DNA of 64,000 nt, from IMG/VR virus record IMGVR_UViG_2124908013_000169; one strand, given 5' to 3'. This DNA comes from a virus. Shown in pieces: positions 36,234 to 46,568 of this stretch (the first letter of the stretch is position 1; each line of letters opens with the position of its first letter). The notes under the pieces are model-generated. The model did not search any database. It saw only the letters and a list, made by a program, of their open reading frames with translations, and was not told the origin of the DNA. Made by a program: the position numbers and the translations under genes.

Positions 36234-36530
36234 CTAAAATCTGTTAGTGTCGTTGATAGTTATTACTGGTTTCATGTTGACTACCTTAATAACATGGGTA
36301 TTGAGTCTCATGACTGGACTATTAGGCACATTATTATGCGCTGTGATATCTGACAACGTAATCGTTCTGGTTCCACCTGGAACGCCAGATATGTTAGTAA
36401 GTGCCGTGTCAACAATCCAATCACCATTCGCTACTTTTGTTATTTTAATAAGGTACTCTGGAAACTCAAACGTCTCAACGTTAGGTTCTACCCTAGGTGA
36501 GACTCCCCCGCTGTTGGTTGTGACTTTCCC
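36234..36530 (-). CDS. -1 frameshift extension of the capsid protein (96 aa after the slip)
   Basis: In-frame G GGA AAG at 36530-36524; the -1 frame stays open to TAG at 36234-36236 and fills the gap. Confidence 0.7.
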   Translation of the reverse strand, partial: GKVTTNSGGVSPRVEPNVETFEFPEYLIKITKVANGDWIVDTALTNISGVPGGTRTITLSDITAHNNVPNSPVMRLNTHVIKVVNMKPVITINDTNRF

Positions 36531-38302
36531 ACTTTTTTACGTTCACCAGCTTCGAATTGGTCACGTTCTTTAGCTGCGTCTTTCACTTTTTGCTCTTCAG
36601 AGTTGTAAGTGTCGATAGCGTCTTTGTTCGTATCAGTTACACCTGAGATTTCACCAGTAGTTGTAACTTTGATGTGGATGATAGATTTAGGAGCATCAAT
36701 CATACCAGATAAACGAGTTTCTGTTAACATTTTGTGTTTGTTGAAGTCGATATCGAATGCTTCAAAGTTAGTGATTTGTCCACCTTTATCTAAACCGATA
36801 GAGTAGTCAGAAAGGTTTAACATAAGCACTTCTTTCTCAGGAACTAAAGTAGTTTCGCAAATATCTTTAGCCCCTAATACACGAGCAACTTGTGCGTCGT
36901 CCATTGGTGCCAATCCACCCCAGAATGTGTTGTCCGCTTTACGTAATAAACGAATAGCTGCTGATAGGTCTGGGTGAATAAATGCAGTATATCCACCAGC
37001 ACCACGATAGTGTTTACGAGCTTTAATTGCAGCAGCAAATAAGTCATTTACTGTGTTAGCTGTTAACTCGATACGATAGAATGGTGCTTCTTTGATGATT
37101 GGACGGATACGGTCTTCACGAATCTTCATTGGGTCAGTCTTTTCACGACCGTCACCAACTAAGATTGCGCGAGCTAATTCGTCACGTAAGTCTTGTTCTA
37201 ATTGACGTTTTAGATATAAGATAATATCGAAGTCTTTGATATCGATTACGTAGTCACGGTCGATAGATTGTTTAACGTATACAGTTTGAGGTGCTGCTTC
37301 ACGTTCAAAGAAGTCGATAACACTTTCTAATTTTTGTGTTCCTGTAATATAACCACGAGCACGAGCTTGTTCTTCAGTCATATTAGCGAAACGATGTTTG
37401 AAGCGAGTCATAGGTTTCTTATGAACGCCACCTAAGATTTTCTCAGTTCCCAACATGTTGTTGCGGAATGGTTCTGGTTCTTTCTTAGCTAACTCTGCTT
37501 CTGGGAATAACATTTCGATATTCTTAATTCCGTTGTGTTTTAAGATATCTTTTAATGTTCCTGTTTCAGTAGACGCACTTGCTACTAATTGTGGTGTTAA
37601 GTCTGAGTGAGTTAACACTTGTTCGTTTGGTGTTGATTGAGAATCAAACGCTGATTGTCTTACCATATTATCCTCCGGTTGTTCAGTTTCTTTTTGTTCA
37701 GGTTCAGAAACTTCTGGTTCTTCGTCTTCTGCAACTAGGGCATCAACTAATGCTTGTTGTTCAGGCGTCATAGAATCATAGATTTCTTCAACTGATAATT
37801 CTTTAGTTTCGTCCACTACTGTGTCCTCCTCTTGTTCATCTTCAGCTGAGTGAATTAGTTCAGCAGGTTGATAAATAACGAAGTTCATTTCTTCGCCATA
37901 CTCTGAGTGAGCTACAAATTCTTCAATTTTTGCTCCAGGATTTGCTCCTGTCAATACTAGACTGACCTCAAAGATTTTACCGTGAACAACATTATTGCCG
38001 TCACGTTTAATTTTGTTAGCAGCGATAGACATAGCCTTAATTGTACCTTCTTTTACTAATTGCTTAGCATGTAAGGCAGACTCTGTATCGTTAAAGTAAC
38101 CATAACCATAAGTACCCTTATCGCGGTGTTCGAGAACTACTTTCCCTAAAACGCTAGTAACGTCGTTATGTTGGTGGTTCCATACTAACGGCACTTCATT
38201 TGGTGTTTCACCAGCAAAAGCACCCTGTTTAATAACTACACCGTCTGAGCACAAAGTATCATTCTTCGTAACCCAACCGGCGAAGTCGTATCCTTTTGGC
38301 AC
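36488..38302 (-). CDS. Prohead protease-major capsid fusion protein (HK97-type)
   Basis: N-terminal PLVWNH...MSI...IFEVSLVLTGANPGA protease domain; acidic linker; capsid domain ELARAILVGDG. Confidence 0.88.
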   Translation of the reverse strand: MPKGYDFAGWVTKNDTLCSDGVVIKQGAFAGETPNEVPLVWNHQHNDVTSVLGKVVLEHRDKGTYGYGYFNDTESALHAKQLVKEGTIKAMSIAANKIKRDGNNVVHGKIFEVSLVLTGANPGAKIEEFVAHSEYGEEMNFVIYQPAELIHSAEDEQEEDTVVDETKELSVEEIYDSMTPEQQALVDALVAEDEEPEVSEPEQKETEQPEDNMVRQSAFDSQSTPNEQVLTHSDLTPQLVASASTETGTLKDILKHNGIKNIEMLFPEAELAKKEPEPFRNNMLGTEKILGGVHKKPMTRFKHRFANMTEEQARARGYITGTQKLESVIDFFEREAAPQTVYVKQSIDRDYVIDIKDFDIILYLKRQLEQDLRDELARAILVGDGREKTDPMKIREDRIRPIIKEAPFYRIELTANTVNDLFAAAIKARKHYRGAGGYTAFIHPDLSAAIRLLRKADNTFWGGLAPMDDAQVARVLGAKDICETTLVPEKEVLMLNLSDYSIGLDKGGQITNFEAFDIDFNKHKMLTETRLSGMIDAPKSIIHIKVTTTGEISGVTDTNKDAIDTYNSEEQKVKDAAKERDQFEAGERKKVGKSQPTAGESHLG

Positions 38303-39579
38303 TATTCGTCCTCCTCCCCATAGTTTTCATAGCCATTTTGAGCTTCCGCATCAGCGACCTGTTGCTCAAGCGCAGCCAACTCTGGGTCTTCTGAGCCCGC
38401 AACTTGTTTATCCATCGCCATGTTAGGATTGTAAAGGCGGTTAGCATTTTCATCCTCTGACGGTGGGAAACCAAGAATTGAACGAGCTTCATTAGGAGTC
38501 ATTACAGCATTACGAATGAAGGTATCCACCATGGTCGCAAGTTGTTCAGTTGGAACAAGCTTGAATGGGTCTCTTTGAATCGCAATGAAGTTTCCTTGAG
38601 TACGTGCCGTTTTAGAGATGAACTTACGCTCAAACTCTTTAGCAATAGCCGTAATGATTGGGTCAATCGTTCTACTATAGTAGGCACGAGTTTCCATCTC
38701 ATTGGCTGTACCGTTTAGGATGTTCTCCGTAATACCGAATTGACTGTACAAGTCTTTCTTCAGGTCTTTAATCTCTTCTAAGATACCGTTTGTCAACGGA
38801 CGGTTTAACTGGATAACTTTCTCTTGAGAGTCAATGTATCCGATACCATGCGGACTTTTAGTTAATTGCTCTTCCAAATTACGGATAGAGTCAACAGCAC
38901 GGTCTTTGAAGGACTTGTTGCGTGTAGCATACGGCATTTGCAATATGATATCTAGCTTGTTGCTAGCCAAGTTCCGGTCAGACTTGTCAATGATTGCGAG
39001 TTTATCGAGTAAGCGTCGCAGAGTTAAGTTTGAATCATTAACAATTTCACGGAATGGGTTTTCAATAATTGCCACGTTGTTTTTTGGTAAAACTATATCT
39101 ACTCGTTTAGCGAGTTTCGGGTTATATAGGTTTACCTTTACATGTTCTGGATACCATTGAGTAATTTTACCAATACGCATCTCCAGAATATCGACAGTTG
39201 CGTTCTTTCGCAGGTCTACGTTTGTTTCCGTAGGAACTACCGCGACAACACCTTCATCAAACATCGAGTAGATGAGGTCTTGCATAAACGCAATGTTAGA
39301 TTGGTCGGCATTCGCCTCATACTTTAAACAGTAATTCAATCCATTTTGAACTACTGAATCGTTCGATGGGTTCTCGTCAACTTTAATCTGAGAAAGGTCA
39401 ACCATTGAACAGTCAATCGCAATTCGACTAAACACCGATGACAGAATTTCAGTACTTCTGTATCGTGGAATAGTGAATTCCGAACGAGAAGACGAAGGTC
39501 CGAAGTCGGTTGTATGCTGGTATGTCTCTTGACCAGAAAACACGTTCCAAGCATGTGTTATTCTATCTAGGAATTTCAC
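38302..39579 (-). CDS. Portal protein
   Basis: Between TerL and capsid; MTPNEARSILGFPP C-terminal portal motif. Confidence 0.9.
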   Translation of the reverse strand: MKFLDRITHAWNVFSGQETYQHTTDFGPSSSRSEFTIPRYRSTEILSSVFSRIAIDCSMVDLSQIKVDENPSNDSVVQNGLNYCLKYEANADQSNIAFMQDLIYSMFDEGVVAVVPTETNVDLRKNATVDILEMRIGKITQWYPEHVKVNLYNPKLAKRVDIVLPKNNVAIIENPFREIVNDSNLTLRRLLDKLAIIDKSDRNLASNKLDIILQMPYATRNKSFKDRAVDSIRNLEEQLTKSPHGIGYIDSQEKVIQLNRPLTNGILEEIKDLKKDLYSQFGITENILNGTANEMETRAYYSRTIDPIITAIAKEFERKFISKTARTQGNFIAIQRDPFKLVPTEQLATMVDTFIRNAVMTPNEARSILGFPPSEDENANRLYNPNMAMDKQVAGSEDPELAALEQQVADAEAQNGYENYGEEDE

Positions 39580-41300
39580 CCGAAGACCTCCTTAAGTTCT
39601 TTGAAAGCGACCCAAGCATCCATTAACGCCGAAACGTTATCGATTTTCTCAGACGCTCTCCGTTTGGAAAGTTTCATGTTTCCATTATTATCTTCAATCA
39701 CAATAGCATTACCCATTGCGAATTTCATAAGCTCTTCGTCATGCACCATATACTTATCTTCAACCATTGCTTTAATTTCACCTAATGGTACCGACTCAGT
39801 TCTTGCACCTTGACGTACCTTCACCGTATGGTACGAGCCATAATCCCGTTCCCAACAACGTAGGAACACTTCTGCGTTATACGGGTCGTAACCCAGCCCT
39901 ATGACTTGGTAATCCCTTGCTTGAATATGCATGTCGAGGTCCTCATAGACCTCATTTAAGTCGAGGTAATTTTTGTCCATGATAACAAGGGTACCTTCTT
40001 TTACAAAGACGTCATATTTCATTTGCATCGCTGTTGGTAACTTATTATACTTATGCCGGGAAACATAAGACCGTGTTTTAATTCCATACCCGTGGGAAAG
40101 CGGGAAGATGAAAGTAAACGCACAGAAGTCGTCACCTTGTGATAAGTCAGCGCCCATAACACATTCGAGTCCATCATAATTTTGTTTATGTCTTGTTGGT
40201 AAGGTCTCTTCATACTGGAAGTAATACGTTTGACCTTCGACCGGAATTCCAAAACGTTTTGCTAATATGTCGTTACGTTTAGCAGGGACCGTAGCGGCAG
40301 TATCGGCATCGAGTTGGTATGCTTCATAAGAAACGGTGGCTCCGATATTTGGGTTGGCTTTCAACCACATTTCTGGATTAGCTACTTCGCTTACATGGTC
40401 AAGTCTATAGTACCAAATCGAAACGTGTGGGTTATAAACTTCACCGTGCAAATAGCTAAGTAATTCCATTTTGATTGTATCACCAACGCCATCACGGGCC
40501 GTACCTTCGGATGAAGTCGCCACGATGATGTAGTCTTTATTCTTAGACGCTCCTTGCTCTAAAGCTCCGATAACGTCTTCCTTAACCTTTCCGGAGAGCC
40601 ATTCGTCTACCGTGTTGTACTTAGAACGAGCGCCTTGTAGTTTGTCGATGCTCATTGTACGTACTTCGATGAGTGAGTTCGTAATAAAGTTCTCAATCCC
40701 TTTCTTAGTGGAAGCGAGACGTTGTTTATTAGCGATGTTTGTCGATAGAACGTTACCTTCGGTTAAGTATTTGAACAGCGGACCACGACTCCTTGCGATA
40801 GCTGTTTTAATAGGAGACATAGTCTCATCGGCTTGTCTCATTGTAGGAGCCGTTACAATTTGGTGAGTCGTATTTGTATCAATTAATAAGCCGTAAGCTT
40901 GAATAAGTGATGCATATACGGATTTGGCTGCACCACGTCCAACGATAAGATACTGTTTCTTACGTAGACGTCGTTTAACCATCATGTGCTTATAGCGTTT
41001 TTGTACCGGGTCAAAGACTTTTTCTTCGGTATAATAGAACCAAGCTAATAGGTCTTCAGCCCAGAGTTTAAAGGACGGTAATAGTGTTAAATCAGACCCA
41101 TCAGTCAGTGTCATCTCAGACTCACAAAACTTAATGAATCCATCTATTGCCTTATCGTCGTAATAATACTCCGGACTTGCAATTAAATGGTCTATAAGGT
41201 TCATCTGGAGTGAAACCTCTTGATTAATCGGTACTTCACCACGTAACACACTATCTCTGAAGAGAGCGTATTCTTTAGGTGTAGCAGTGTTTGATAACAT
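39576..41300 (-). CDS. terL: Terminase large subunit
   Basis: VGRGAAKS Walker A, VDE Walker B, GADLS and KIDNVSALMDA nuclease motifs. Confidence 0.92.
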   Translation of the reverse strand: MLSNTATPKEYALFRDSVLRGEVPINQEVSLQMNLIDHLIASPEYYYDDKAIDGFIKFCESEMTLTDGSDLTLLPSFKLWAEDLLAWFYYTEEKVFDPVQKRYKHMMVKRRLRKKQYLIVGRGAAKSVYASLIQAYGLLIDTNTTHQIVTAPTMRQADETMSPIKTAIARSRGPLFKYLTEGNVLSTNIANKQRLASTKKGIENFITNSLIEVRTMSIDKLQGARSKYNTVDEWLSGKVKEDVIGALEQGASKNKDYIIVATSSEGTARDGVGDTIKMELLSYLHGEVYNPHVSIWYYRLDHVSEVANPEMWLKANPNIGATVSYEAYQLDADTAATVPAKRNDILAKRFGIPVEGQTYYFQYEETLPTRHKQNYDGLECVMGADLSQGDDFCAFTFIFPLSHGYGIKTRSYVSRHKYNKLPTAMQMKYDVFVKEGTLVIMDKNYLDLNEVYEDLDMHIQARDYQVIGLGYDPYNAEVFLRCWERDYGSYHTVKVRQGARTESVPLGEIKAMVEDKYMVHDEELMKFAMGNAIVIEDNNGNMKLSKRRASEKIDNVSALMDAWVAFKELKEVFG

Positions 41301-41305
41301 CTATT

Positions 41306-42667
41306 TTATTTCCATTGTCCTTTCTTTTTCTTTCTAGATAGTGTGTAAGTATGTTCTTTAAGTTTAGACTTAAGCGATTTAGTTCCACGAGTTGCAATAC
41401 TTGATAAAGCTTTATTCACTTCGTCATTGCTGAACGCAGTGTTAATAAGTTTCTCAGCCAATACTGGACCGAGTTTCTTAGCCTTACCGTCTTTAGTATA
41501 TCCGACTTGTGTTTCTAAGATTTTATTAATCTTACCACTTACACCCTTACCACTATCTTTTATGGCTTTCTTATAATCGCCTTCTAATTTCATACGAGCG
41601 ATTTTTGCACGTAGCTCATCATCACTCATTTCAGAAATCTTACGTTTCTTGCTGAGTTTCTTCTTGAATCGGTCATCCGTAGACATTTTCTTCTGGTTAC
41701 GTGTTCTGAATTTACTCTTTAAGTTAAGTGATGAGTTACGTAAACGTCGACGAATACCCCAGCGTTGACCTAAAATACCGTGATGTAGAAGAACTACTTC
41801 ATAGTCGGAGTGGACAACGCCTTTAAACTTTAAAGCCTTCAGTGCGTTTCTTCTTTCCATTTTGAACGCTCTTACTTGTTCTCTCTTGTAACGTTTCTTC
41901 GCTTTCTTGAACAACTTCTTAGATATCGTCAATTTCGCTAAATCTTTACCGTGAGTTTCAGCAAGATACTTGGATGTCTTTCTGTTATTAAGCGCTTTAC
42001 GAATACCTTTTAGTCCGCGATAATTTTCGTTGAATACGATTTTACCGTTACCTTTACGGTATTCTTTCTTCATACCACGGAGAGATTTTCTAAGTTCTTT
42101 CCGCGATTTTTTATACGTCGATTTAATAGCATTTCGTTGCTCTTTTGCAGCAGCGTTATGTGCTTTTCTAGCATCCGATAAAGCTTTACGCTTCTCTAAC
42201 CAACGTCGAATACCGTGACGCATACCTTTGACACCGTAGTGTAAAAGTTCTTCGTCTGAATGTTTCATTTCGTTCATTCGTGTTTTACGAAGGGCTACGA
42301 ATTTTCTTATATCAACACCAGAGGCACGTTTCTTCTTACGAGACTGAGATGTCTTAACAAGATTTCCGAACTTACCCGACCTAACCTGAGCGTCCCATGT
42401 ATCGCCTTGCATCTTACGACGCATCTCAGCGATTAAACGTTGTCTACGGAGTTCCGCTTCTTTACGGATTTGGTCGATTGACTTCTTCTTCTCCTTCTTC
42501 TTACGCTTTTCCGGTTGATAGTTTACTTCTCTACGAAGTTCCTTCAAATGTCCAAGAAGTTCTTTCTTTCGTGCAACAATCTCTTCAGCGGTCATGGTAT
42601 TAAGTTTAGGTTTACGAATACCCTTCTTCATACCTTTGACGCCATGGTGATATAAATTATCGTCCAC
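41306..42667 (-). CDS. Highly basic protein with three LxHxGxxGxxxGIR repeats; putative internal head protein
   Basis: LYHHGVKGMKKGIRK, LLHYGVKGMRHGIRR, LLHHGILGQRWGIRR; very K/R rich. Confidence 0.75.
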   Translation of the reverse strand: MDDNLYHHGVKGMKKGIRKPKLNTMTAEEIVARKKELLGHLKELRREVNYQPEKRKKKEKKKSIDQIRKEAELRRQRLIAEMRRKMQGDTWDAQVRSGKFGNLVKTSQSRKKKRASGVDIRKFVALRKTRMNEMKHSDEELLHYGVKGMRHGIRRWLEKRKALSDARKAHNAAAKEQRNAIKSTYKKSRKELRKSLRGMKKEYRKGNGKIVFNENYRGLKGIRKALNNRKTSKYLAETHGKDLAKLTISKKLFKKAKKRYKREQVRAFKMERRNALKALKFKGVVHSDYEVVLLHHGILGQRWGIRRRLRNSSLNLKSKFRTRNQKKMSTDDRFKKKLSKKRKISEMSDDELRAKIARMKLEGDYKKAIKDSGKGVSGKINKILETQVGYTKDGKAKKLGPVLAEKLINTAFSNDEVNKALSSIATRGTKSLKSKLKEHTYTLSRKKKKGQWK

Positions 42668-43022
42668 CTTCGGTCCCTCCTTCCTCAGTTTTTAGATACG
42701 TTAGTCGATAGATAAGTTCTTTCTTCTTATTGTCGAGTAACGTAGTTAGTGTTGAAACTGCTGGAGGGTCGAACCCTAGTTTCACACTAGTGTAGATGTA
42801 TTGCTTAACCAAATGAGGATAAGCAGCATCCGTAGTAGGTTTAAGGATATGAGCGTACTCGGCATTAGCTAAATCATCCGTAGGGAGAATAGCGTCAATC
42901 TCCAATAAGTCACCGACCGCATTACTTAAATGTAGTAGTAACTCATCATTGAAGGCTTCTGTACCGTCGTCATATCCAATAATGACTGTCTTCAGTTCAG
43001 ATAATATAGTCATTTTGAACAC
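42657..43022 (-). CDS. Putative head-tail adaptor
   Basis: Helical 121-aa protein with VKQYIY..VKLGFDPP; location inference. Confidence 0.55.
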   Translation of the reverse strand: MFKMTILSELKTVIIGYDDGTEAFNDELLLHLSNAVGDLLEIDAILPTDDLANAEYAHILKPTTDAAYPHLVKQYIYTSVKLGFDPPAVSTLTTLLDNKKKELIYRLTYLKTEEGGTEGGR

Positions 43023-43907
43023 CTACTCTGAGAAGTGCATAGCGCCTGACTCATCAACATAAACAGCGGCGCGATTTAACATCTCACCTTTTGCGTTGAA
43101 GTAATACCATTTACCATCCACTTGCCTTACTTCTTGTGATACCATTTTACCACTTGATACTTCACAGTAATACCACTTGTCAAAGTATTGAATCCAGCCG
43201 GTCTTCATTCTACCGTCATTACCGAAGTAATACCAGTAGTCGCCGACTTTCTCCCAACCTGTAGCCATGTGGCAACTGTCTTTAAACCAGTACCAAGACT
43301 CATCGTCATCTTGGAACCATTGATTACGTAAAGCGTAACCGTTTGCGTTGAAGTAGAACCAGCCTCCGTTGATTTGTACCCATTTTAATTTAGGATACTG
43401 TCCGTTTTCATCACGGTAGTACCAACCAGTACTGTCTTCTACCCAACCTTTTGCAGCCGAAACAACTTCTTCTACGTCGTCATAGTGAGGACGAATATAT
43501 CCAACCATTCCAGCGTAAGAACGAGTACGATAACGAGCTGGTCCACCCACTTCTAAGTAGTCCCAGTTTCCGTCAACGTTTTGCTCGATTGTCTTAAGTG
43601 TGTAGCCGTCACTATCTTCGATGACAACACCTGTATGTCCATAAGGAGAACCAGGCACTTCCATTACGAAGATGTCACCTTTCTTAGCAATAACGCCTTG
43701 TGCTTCATAAATAACTGTTTCGCCTTGTGCGGCTGCTGAATTGAGTAAGTCAATTGCATTACCCCAAAGAGCTTTACCAGTTGCTCTGTTGTAAACGGAG
43801 TTTGAACCGTCTACACATTGCCATCCATAGACCAAATCAAAGTCTATACCGACGTTATTATTAGCAGCTTCTTTCAAAGGTGCTAAAGCCCAATCTACTG
43901 TAGCCAT
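43023..43907 (-). CDS. Endolysin: CHAP domain plus choline-binding repeats
   Basis: QCVD...YGHTG...IEQN catalytic pattern; repeated GW...WYYF...G.M choline-binding units. Confidence 0.9.
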   Translation of the reverse strand: MATVDWALAPLKEAANNNVGIDFDLVYGWQCVDGSNSVYNRATGKALWGNAIDLLNSAAAQGETVIYEAQGVIAKKGDIFVMEVPGSPYGHTGVVIEDSDGYTLKTIEQNVDGNWDYLEVGGPARYRTRSYAGMVGYIRPHYDDVEEVVSAAKGWVEDSTGWYYRDENGQYPKLKWVQINGGWFYFNANGYALRNQWFQDDDESWYWFKDSCHMATGWEKVGDYWYYFGNDGRMKTGWIQYFDKWYYCEVSSGKMVSQEVRQVDGKWYYFNAKGEMLNRAAVYVDESGAMHFSE

Positions 43908-43922
43908 ATATCCACCTCCTTA

Positions 43923-45491
43923 TTAATTTGTTGGCCAAGGGTCGTCAGTGATGTAAGATATTTTAGAAACCCTGATATCACCAATATCTCTATCTGTAGG
44001 AACAGGGTCTAAGAATTGGAAACGTAAGTGATTTGCATCAGTAACACCGCCTACATACCACGTTCCGTATGGAACACCGTCGTCGTTGAAAATCTGACCA
44101 ATCATAGAACCAGCAGACCTATACCCCATAGGTATACCACCATTTGCTATAAGGAAACATTTTTTTTCACGGTTTCCCGGATGTCCAATAAACGCCGGAT
44201 TACCACGTCTAACAATACCGAACCAACCCCATTGAAGTCCGCCGAATTGATAAGTTACTGTATTATTAACTCTTCGGACTTGTAAATAAGAATTACCTAG
44301 TTTAGATAGTATGTTTATGTTCTTCCAACCGGTATCTCCATCTAATACCGCCCAGCCTTGGTTTCCTGAAGCGGTACGTTTAATCCACTTCAAAGCACCG
44401 TTTGTCTTAGCTGTGTCAACATAGGTTTGACCTAACGTACCGTTGACACGTCCATTCGGCATACCTGTACCGGTAAGCTCACTAGACGAAGTAGTTGCAT
44501 TTTGACCAGAAGATGGTAAAGTAATACTTCCACCACCGTGTGATAACGCTAAGATATTACCACTAAGAGATAGCGTTTGTGGAATACCTACTCCTGGGTC
44601 ACCTTTAGGGCCAGGCGGTCCTTGAATACCTTGGGCTCCGGCAGGTCCGGGTTGTCCATTTTCACCACGAGGTCCAGCGGGTCCTGGAACACCGTCATTA
44701 CCTTTAGGTCCAATCGGTCCTGGAGGCCCTTGAAGTCCGGTCGGCCCAATGGGTCCGGGTTGTCCATTTTCACCAGGAGGCCCTTGAAGTCCATCGATAC
44801 CACGTTCTCCTTGGATACCTTGGGGTCCTGGAGGTCCAGCAGGTCCAGTTTCTCCACGGTCACCTTTGGGTCCGGGTTGTCCTGAAACTCCATCGTTTCC
44901 TTTAGGGCCAGGTAATCCTTGAGGTCCCATAGGTCCAGGTTGTCCGTCTAAACCACGTTCACCGTTTTCACCTCTTGGTCCTGGAGGTCCCATAGGTCCT
45001 TCTGGTCCAGGTTCTCCTTTGTCACCTTTAGGTCCGGTAATAGCCTTGATTTGTTCTAGGTCGGCTTTTGTAACAATGTCTGATAAATCTACAACCCTAC
45101 CAGAACGACGTTCCACTAGAGGTGCATCAGCCATCTTATCGATTTCTGACATCTTAACGCTAAATGCAAATTTACCAACATCGGTATTTTCTGACACTTC
45201 GTTTAAGTATACATGAACGTCAACGACATCGTCTTCATGAATTAATGCAGTGTCGAAGTCAAAGTAATAGCAATTACCTTCTTTTGTAGTAGTGACTTCT
45301 AATTTCTGTTGCGTCTTTCTAAAGATTAATAGACAGACTACACTTGCATCACCAACTTTACTTACGAACGAAATCTCAATGCGAGCGTTATTCTTATCGT
45401 ATGAATAAATCTCATTTGTAGGATAGACTTTATCGAATCGATTATATGTACTAATATTCAATGTCTTTTTAACAAGTTTTCTTTTCATCAA
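43923..45491 (-). CDS. BppU-like N-domain / collagen-repeat tail fibre or receptor-binding protein
   Basis: YSYDKNNA N-domain, ~50 Gly-X-Y triplets, beta-rich C-terminal domain. Confidence 0.8.
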   Translation of the reverse strand: MMKRKLVKKTLNISTYNRFDKVYPTNEIYSYDKNNARIEISFVSKVGDASVVCLLIFRKTQQKLEVTTTKEGNCYYFDFDTALIHEDDVVDVHVYLNEVSENTDVGKFAFSVKMSEIDKMADAPLVERRSGRVVDLSDIVTKADLEQIKAITGPKGDKGEPGPEGPMGPPGPRGENGERGLDGQPGPMGPQGLPGPKGNDGVSGQPGPKGDRGETGPAGPPGPQGIQGERGIDGLQGPPGENGQPGPIGPTGLQGPPGPIGPKGNDGVPGPAGPRGENGQPGPAGAQGIQGPPGPKGDPGVGIPQTLSLSGNILALSHGGGSITLPSSGQNATTSSSELTGTGMPNGRVNGTLGQTYVDTAKTNGALKWIKRTASGNQGWAVLDGDTGWKNINILSKLGNSYLQVRRVNNTVTYQFGGLQWGWFGIVRRGNPAFIGHPGNREKKCFLIANGGIPMGYRSAGSMIGQIFNDDGVPYGTWYVGGVTDANHLRFQFLDPVPTDRDIGDIRVSKISYITDDPWPTN

Positions 45492-45503
45492 TAGTTCACC
45501 TCC

Positions 45504-45887
45504 TTACCATAATTTTGTATCACCAGGTCGACGTTCTTCATAAATGTCGTCAGGCGAACCATAGTGAATAATGTTATGTGTATCAATGGAGACGGTTATT
45601 AAATTCTCTGGGTCGAAACACTTAGGAGATAACGTAATAATGTCTTCCACTGTTAATGGGTTAATGTGATGGACAATAACTTTAGTGTTAATTGTCTGTA
45701 ACGGGAATCCCAAATCACATCCCAAGTCCCTAGCGATAATATCTGCACGCACATCGAGCCATAGCTTTGATTTGTAAAATCGGTTCGAGATAGCGCGAGG
45801 TATATCGTATTCTAATCCTTTTAGAGACAGGTATTCAACCCGTCCTTTAAATGAATCTATTTTGATTAACTCTGAGTAGCATTTCAT
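45504..45887 (-). CDS. HNH endonuclease (repeat copy)
   Basis: Identical to 915-1298. Confidence 0.85.
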   Translation of the reverse strand: MKCYSELIKIDSFKGRVEYLSLKGLEYDIPRAISNRFYKSKLWLDVRADIIARDLGCDLGFPLQTINTKVIVHHINPLTVEDIITLSPKCFDPENLITVSIDTHNIIHYGSPDDIYEERRPGDTKLW

Positions 45888-46184
45888 TACAGACCATCCG
45901 TTGGTTGATATGAACGAAGTGCATCGATAGCTTCTTTAGAAGAAGAACGTTCGTCTTTCTCTCTTTCGATTTGTTCTTTCTTAGCCATCTTCAACTCAGC
46001 ATCAGCTTGCTTAGCGATAATGTTCCAGTTCTCATTCTTGTCAGCTTTCTTTACGAAGTAATTGACTAATGAAGGTGGAGCAGTACCAGCTTTCAATTGT
46101 TGAAGTGCAGTCTCCATTGCAATTACTTGGCACTCTCTATCCATTTGTTCAACAGTCTTAGTGCTAGCAATGGGTACAGCTTTC

Positions 46185-46568
46185 TTACGCTTCACCATCT
46201 GGTGTCACCTCATCAAATAGTGATACCATACGAACTGTTTCTTCTTCAGTTTCTGGCTTAGCAGGTTTAGTTTGGTTCATTTCATATACTGACTTCTCAA
46301 TCATTGTTGAAATTTCATCGGCAGTTAAAGCGATACCTAATGATTTAGCAACCGCTTCTAATTGTCGAGCAGCATCTTGTTTCTTAGCAGCAGAACCTGT
46401 GATACCAGTTTGTTCAATAGCCAATACAATTCTAGTTGCTTGGTCGGCAATAGCTACCAATGCTTTGCTCTTAGTCACTGTACCTAAGTAACGGACTACA
46501 CTGATTACTACTGGTAATACTGTGAATACTACAATTGCATAATTGATGTATGTTTGGATTTGTTCCAT
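46185..46568 (-). CDS. Holin (repeat copy)
   Basis: Identical to 1596-1979. Confidence 0.7.
   Translation of the reverse strand: MEQIQTYINYAIVVFTVLPVVISVVRYLGTVTKSKALVAIADQATRIVLAIEQTGITGSAAKKQDAARQLEAVAKSLGIALTADEISTMIEKSVYEMNQTKPAKPETEEETVRMVSLFDEVTPDGEA

Noticed and set aside
1..44589. tRNA, integrase or repressor genes
   Set aside because: None recognised by eye; a tRNAscan/HMM run would be needed to exclude them formally
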